A DNA stretch of 64,000 bases, from the NCBI GenBank assembly GCA_964387645.1, contig CAYLYM010000005.1:2508-66507 (forward strand), written 5' to 3'. The stretch is from an uncultured Calditrichaceae bacterium (lineage in GTDB: Bacteria; Calditrichota; Calditrichia; RBG-13-44-9). The position numbers and the translations under genes are program-made. Of this stretch, positions 59,573 through 64,000 are shown piece by piece. The stretch's first letter is position 1. Each line of letters begins with the position of its first letter. Under the pieces are notes generated by a model. It searched no databases and was not told where the DNA came from. It saw only the letters and a list, made by a program, of their open reading frames with translations.

Positions 59573-59912
59573 CTGTGAATACTTAACTCCTCTAAGCTCA
59601 TCAATAAATCATAAACTTTTCATTAAATTATAAAGAATTTTGTAAAAATCATTCTCCAACCCAAATAAACGAATATTTAAATTATTTCAGAATGTCAATA
59701 AATGTTTCCAAATAGTCGAAAATATATAATAAGCTTGTTGAAATTAAATCTTAATATTATTTTATAGGTCATTGTTATAAAATATTAAAATTTTAATATA
59801 TGGATGAACATTTTTCATACAAATTTGAATTCGAGAGATATTTTTATTTTTAGTGGTATATAATATTTGCAAGGTCTTTAATGTTGTTTTACATAATTTG
59901 ATTGATATTTAT

Positions 59913-60140
59913 ATGAAGATACTAGCAGAAATTCCAGTACAAAAAAAGGTAAGAATTGTAGATATTTTTGGTGGCAGAAATGCCAGGCAGACTCTTGCCC
60001 AGATGGGAATCGGTGTTGGAAGCCAAGTGATTGTTAGGAGAAATGCACCTTTTTCTGGGCCCATATTAGTGGAAAATCATGGAACTACGGTTGCAATAGG
60101 AAGAGGTCTGGCTTCAAAAATTATGGTTGAGGAAATATGA
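59913..60140 (+). CDS. feoA: ferrous iron transport protein A
   Basis: SH3-like FeoA pattern (…VRIVDIFGGRNARQTLAQMGIGVGSQVIVRRNAPFSGPILVE…); internal ATG chosen; ATGA overlap with feoB. Confidence 0.7.
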   Translation: MKILAEIPVQKKVRIVDIFGGRNARQTLAQMGIGVGSQVIVRRNAPFSGPILVENHGTTVAIGRGLASKIMVEEI

Positions 60141-62065
60141 AAATTGCTTTAGTGGGACAACCTAATGCAGGTAAAAGTACTCTGTTCAATTCAGTTGCCG
60201 GGTACAAATCAGCCACCTCGAATTTGCCTGGAACTACTGTAAAATATACGGAAAGCAGGGTTAGAATTAATGGTGATGTTTATATATTAATCGATTTTCC
60301 AGGCACTTATTCTTTATCAGCAACCAATGATGCTGAAGGAGAAGTTAGAAAATATCTGGTTACCAGTAATTTTGATTTAATTATTAATGTTATTGACGCT
60401 TCACAATTAGGGAGAAGCCTGCCCTTAACCCTTGAGTTAATGGAAGTTGGTATTCCCATTGTAATTGCTTTAAATATGATAGATGAGGCCCGACGCAAAG
60501 GAATTGAAATCGATGCAGAAAAATTGTCTGATTTATTAGGTTTACCCGTTCAAACTACGATAGCCAGTAAAAATATTGGTGTTCGAGAATTATTTTATAC
60601 AGTTAAACGGGTGCTGAATGGCCAGATTAAAATTGAATCGAAGAAAATTTATTGCCAGAAAGATGTTGAATCAGTTATTGAAGAAATGGAAAGTTTCCTC
60701 GCCGAAAATTTTCAAGGGGAAGTACCTTATCCTACTCGGTTTTTGGCTTCCAAGCTTTTAGAAGAAGATGATTATTTTATTAAAAAACTAACTGGCAACA
60801 ATGGCGCACTTATTACTCAGAAATTGAGAGAGCTACAGGATCAATTGGTTAAATTGCGAGGTAAACCTCGAGATAGTGTTGTAGTTTTAGAACGTCATGC
60901 TCTGGCCATGGAGATTTATGAACAGGTTGTTCATGTGGGGCCTCCAAAACATGACTGGCGTGAACGGCTCGATGATGTTGTTATGCACAAATATGTTGGA
61001 TATTTCATTTTAATCGGTGTATTGGTGGCATTTTTTTATGGAGTTTTTGGACTGGGTGCCTTTTTAGAAGAATTTTTACTTCAGGGTTTTGATTATGTCA
61101 ATGCTTTGTTACCGCGATTTTTACCTGCTAACAGTTTTCAGTTACATTTTATTAAATCAATTCTTTGGGGAATTTCTGGTGGTGTTGCTATTGTTTTACC
61201 TTATCTCATGCCATTCCTCATCGGATTGAACATGTTAGAAGATATTGGTTATCTTCCGCGGGTTGCATTTTTAATGGATGCTTTTATGCATCGTATTGGT
61301 TTACACGGTACTTCTATTATACCAGCAGTTTTAGGTTTTGGATGTAATGTGCCTGCTGTAATGGCCACGCGAATTTTGAAATCGAGGAGAGATAAAATTA
61401 TTGCAGCTGTAATTTCGACCATGGTGCCTTGTTCTGCTCGTTCAGTGGTTATATTTGGTCTGGTAGCATATTATCTTGGACCAATATGGGCATTTTTTAT
61501 TTATTTGACTAATATAATTGTTATAGCTCTATTGGGTAAAGTCCTTTCTCTGCTCATGCCAGAAGTTTCGCCAGGTATGGTTTTAGAAATTCCACCTTAT
61601 CGACTGCCCTCTTTTCAGGTTATAAAAAAGAAAACCTGGTTCAGGATAAAGGAATTTATCACCGTGGCGTGGCCACTTTTAATTATAGGAAGCCTGGTGT
61701 TAGGCCTTTTGGAATACTTAGAGATTGATCAATGGATCAATCTGGGACTTTCACCTTTAACATCGTTACTTGGCCTACCATCGGTCGTGGGAATGACATT
61801 AATTTTTGGTGTCTTGAGAAAAGAATTGTCTCTAATTATGTTGACTCAAGCATTAGGAACAACTGAAGTTATTTCAGTTTTAACAAAGGTTCAAATTTTG
61901 ACCTTTACTACCTTCATTACGTTTTATATTCCTTGTGTCGCAACCATGGCTGTTTTAGCACGGGAACTGGATAGAAAGTGGATGTTTATTATTTCAGGTA
62001 TTACTTTAAGTATTGCTCTTGTGATATCGTTGTTGGTTCGCTTTTTTGGTGGCTTCTTTATCTGA
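60137..62065 (+). CDS. feoB: ferrous iron transporter B
   Basis: N-terminal G-protein domain (GQPNAGKST, DFPG) plus polytopic permease. Confidence 0.9.
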   Translation: MKIALVGQPNAGKSTLFNSVAGYKSATSNLPGTTVKYTESRVRINGDVYILIDFPGTYSLSATNDAEGEVRKYLVTSNFDLIINVIDASQLGRSLPLTLELMEVGIPIVIALNMIDEARRKGIEIDAEKLSDLLGLPVQTTIASKNIGVRELFYTVKRVLNGQIKIESKKIYCQKDVESVIEEMESFLAENFQGEVPYPTRFLASKLLEEDDYFIKKLTGNNGALITQKLRELQDQLVKLRGKPRDSVVVLERHALAMEIYEQVVHVGPPKHDWRERLDDVVMHKYVGYFILIGVLVAFFYGVFGLGAFLEEFLLQGFDYVNALLPRFLPANSFQLHFIKSILWGISGGVAIVLPYLMPFLIGLNMLEDIGYLPRVAFLMDAFMHRIGLHGTSIIPAVLGFGCNVPAVMATRILKSRRDKIIAAVISTMVPCSARSVVIFGLVAYYLGPIWAFFIYLTNIIVIALLGKVLSLLMPEVSPGMVLEIPPYRLPSFQVIKKKTWFRIKEFITVAWPLLIIGSLVLGLLEYLEIDQWINLGLSPLTSLLGLPSVVGMTLIFGVLRKELSLIMLTQALGTTEVISVLTKVQILTFTTFITFYIPCVATMAVLARELDRKWMFIISGITLSIALVISLLVRFFGGFFI

Positions 62066-62352
62066 TTCATCGATCTATCTTGATTATATTTTCAGTTCAT
62101 TACAATAAAGAATTTTTCTACAGTTTTTGATGATTTAATGGATTCGTTTTGTTTGCAGCATGAACGGGTTTATTTAAAAATAAGTGAATTTTAAATTTGC
62201 TAAGCTGTATTGTGAATCCGTACGGCATTAATGGAAACAAGAAAAATAAGTTTCTCGTTCATGGATATGGGTTTAAAATTAAAAAATCAAGTTTATAGGT
62301 TTGATTTTTACACTTTTCCTTTTAAATTTAGTTATCAATCAAGGAAGAGACG

Positions 62353-63558
62353 ATGACCGAGAAACTTTATTATCGGGATGCCTATAAATTTGAGTTTGAC
62401 GCTCGTGTTCTGGAATGTTTCCAACACAGTTCCCATTTTGGAGTAATTCTGGATAGAACATATTTTTATCCAGAAGGTGGTGGCCAGCCGGCTGATCAGG
62501 GCTGGTTAGATGATGTGCCGGTAATCGATGTTCAGGTAGATGGCAATAATAGAATTATTCATTTTACCGAAAAACCTTTACAAATAGGACCTGTGCATGG
62601 AAAAGTAAATTCTGATCGCCGATTGGATTTTATGCAACAACATACTGGACAACATATACTTTCACAGTCTCTTTTGCGGGTTGGTAATTACCAAACAGTT
62701 TCTGTTCATTTTGGTCAAAACTATACCGCTGTGGAAATAGATCAACCTCGTATAAGCGAGGTGGATATTCTTGATGTGGAAAAATTATCGAATCAGATAA
62801 TTCAAAAAAATATTCCCGTGAAAATTTATTGGGTGTCGCCGGAAGAAGTTTCGAAATTTAATATTCGGAAGCCACCTCCCAATGTAGATAAAATTCGCAT
62901 TGTGGAAATCCAGGATTTTGATTATTCCACCTGTGGCGGAATACATGTGAGACATACCGGTGAAGTTGGCTTAATCAAAGTTGTAAATACGGAAAAAATT
63001 AGAGGGCGTGTTCGATTACATGCTAAAATTGGCCAGCGAGCTTTTGATGATTATCATCAAAAGAATGTTTTAATGAAAGAGTTAATGCGTTTCTTAACTT
63101 GTGGCGAACAAGACATTTTATCCCGAATATATGATTTACAAAAACAAATCAAAGAAAAACAAAAACAAGTTGAGTATTGGCAGAAACAATGGGTAGTCAC
63201 TCAAGCAGAGAATGCTCTTAAATCGGCAGAAGAAATAAATCATGTTAAGATAATATTAAAGGTATTTGAAAATTTAGACAATAAAATGTTAAAATCCTTC
63301 GCCGATCATATTACAAAACAATCCAGTTCATTTGTGGCTGCTATAAACCAGACTCAGAACGGTATTTATTGGATTATTGCACATTCTTTGTCGAATGGAT
63401 TTGATCTTAAAACGATTGTTACACCATTGATGGATTTAATTGATGCAAAAGGTGGTGGGAGTTCCTCGCTAATGCAAGGTGGTGGAAAAAATTTAGAAGG
63501 TATATCGAGATTTCTATGTGAATTAAAACAAAAAGTAGAACAGGAGCTTGTATTATGA
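62353..63558 (+). CDS. alaX: alanyl-tRNA editing protein AlaX-L
   Basis: HTGQHILS…CGGIHV zinc-binding editing motifs; 401 aa. Confidence 0.7.
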   Translation: MTEKLYYRDAYKFEFDARVLECFQHSSHFGVILDRTYFYPEGGGQPADQGWLDDVPVIDVQVDGNNRIIHFTEKPLQIGPVHGKVNSDRRLDFMQQHTGQHILSQSLLRVGNYQTVSVHFGQNYTAVEIDQPRISEVDILDVEKLSNQIIQKNIPVKIYWVSPEEVSKFNIRKPPPNVDKIRIVEIQDFDYSTCGGIHVRHTGEVGLIKVVNTEKIRGRVRLHAKIGQRAFDDYHQKNVLMKELMRFLTCGEQDILSRIYDLQKQIKEKQKQVEYWQKQWVVTQAENALKSAEEINHVKIILKVFENLDNKMLKSFADHITKQSSSFVAAINQTQNGIYWIIAHSLSNGFDLKTIVTPLMDLIDAKGGGSSSLMQGGGKNLEGISRFLCELKQKVEQELVL

Positions 63559-64000
63559 GTGAAATTCGAGGTATTGTTATTCAATCAAGAATGGATTATT
63601 TAGAGAAAAAAACAAATGAAGCCATCTATAAAGAGGTAATGAATCGGCTTTCGGACAAAGCCAGGCAGGCAATTGGTGAACAAATTTTTTTAACAAATCT
63701 ATATTCGTTTGAGATTCTAAAAGAATTAGATCGAGTAATAGTAGAAGCGATTGGTAAACCTGCTGAAGAAATATTTCGAGATATAGGAAAATATTTTGCT
63801 GCAATTATTGTCGATAGTTATTTTTATAATTATGTAGAAGCAAAGAACCCACAAAAATTTCTTGCACAAATCAGCAATCTTTTTCCTCATCTATGGCAAT
63901 TTGGGAAATACTACTATGAAAAATCCTCGAATAATAGTGCTGTTGTGAAATTTGAATATGATGAAGATATTCATAAACCCTATTGCTGGTTTACTCAGGA
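63555..64000 (+). CDS. hypothetical protein, 3' end beyond window
   Basis: ATGA overlap with alaX; open to the window end (148 aa visible). Confidence 0.35.
   Translation, partial: MSEIRGIVIQSRMDYLEKKTNEAIYKEVMNRLSDKARQAIGEQIFLTNLYSFEILKELDRVIVEAIGKPAEEIFRDIGKYFAAIIVDSYFYNYVEAKNPQKFLAQISNLFPHLWQFGKYYYEKSSNNSAVVKFEYDEDIHKPYCWFTQ

Noticed and set aside
59638-59656. Fur-box-like sequence ttttgtaaaaatcattctc upstream of feoA
   Set aside because: Only about 12 of 19 matches to GATAATGATAATCATTATC, and it lies ~260 nt from the start codon. Too weak to call

Overview
This is a 64 kb, AT-rich (roughly mid-30s % GC by eye) bacterial chromosomal window, densely coding on both strands. Most genes have recognisable Shine-Dalgarno sites, and many have 4-nt ATGA/TGA start/stop overlaps. 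I saw no rRNA, tRNA, CRISPR array, transposase or integrase. The content looks like an anaerobic, probably uncultured lineage: TPR lipoproteins, a TonB receptor, a PhoD-like phosphatase and a Tat-signal Gfo/Idh/MocA enzyme suggest a Gram-negative, but I cannot assign a taxon from sequence alone. Housekeeping genes include rsmD-coaD, pta, an aminotransferase, mtnA, hrcA-dnaJ, def, apbC, uvrA, feoAB and alaX.

Seven things stand out:

1. At 36.9-40.9 kb (extending to 44.5 kb) there is a co-directional cluster of poorly characterised families. It contains DUF134 with a zinc ribbon, two tandem MinD-type P-loop ATPases with inserted 2x[4Fe-4S] ferredoxin domains, two NifX/NifB-like cofactor-binding proteins, a W/R/G-rich DUF5320 protein and a small zinc-ribbon protein. 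An MBL hydrolase, a CoA-disulfide-reductase-like flavoprotein, def and apbC follow. A sigma70-like promoter sits upstream, with its -10 embedded in a perfect 16-bp inverted repeat. This is my best candidate for an undescribed system.
2. At 50.6-56.8 kb there is a glycan locus that pairs a PAPS-type sulfotransferase with a D-glucuronyl C5-epimerase-like protein, i.e. heparan-sulfate-like chemistry. A Wzx flippase, a GT4 glycosyltransferase and an FkbM methyltransferase accompany them.
3. A pilus-like operon encodes a 563-aa protein with a canonical type IV prepilin N-terminus, plus PilM-like and PilN/O-like partners. No pilB, pilC or pilD lies nearby.
4. A 639-aa predicted outer-membrane beta-barrel carries an N-terminal ComEA-type helix-hairpin-helix domain.
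5. Several genes show molecular decay: three in-frame stop codons at otherwise conserved positions, two frameshifts in simple repeats, and two gene remnants.
6. A sigma24 / anti-sigma / YbjQ operon.
7. A TonB receptor - membrane protein - methyltransferase trio.
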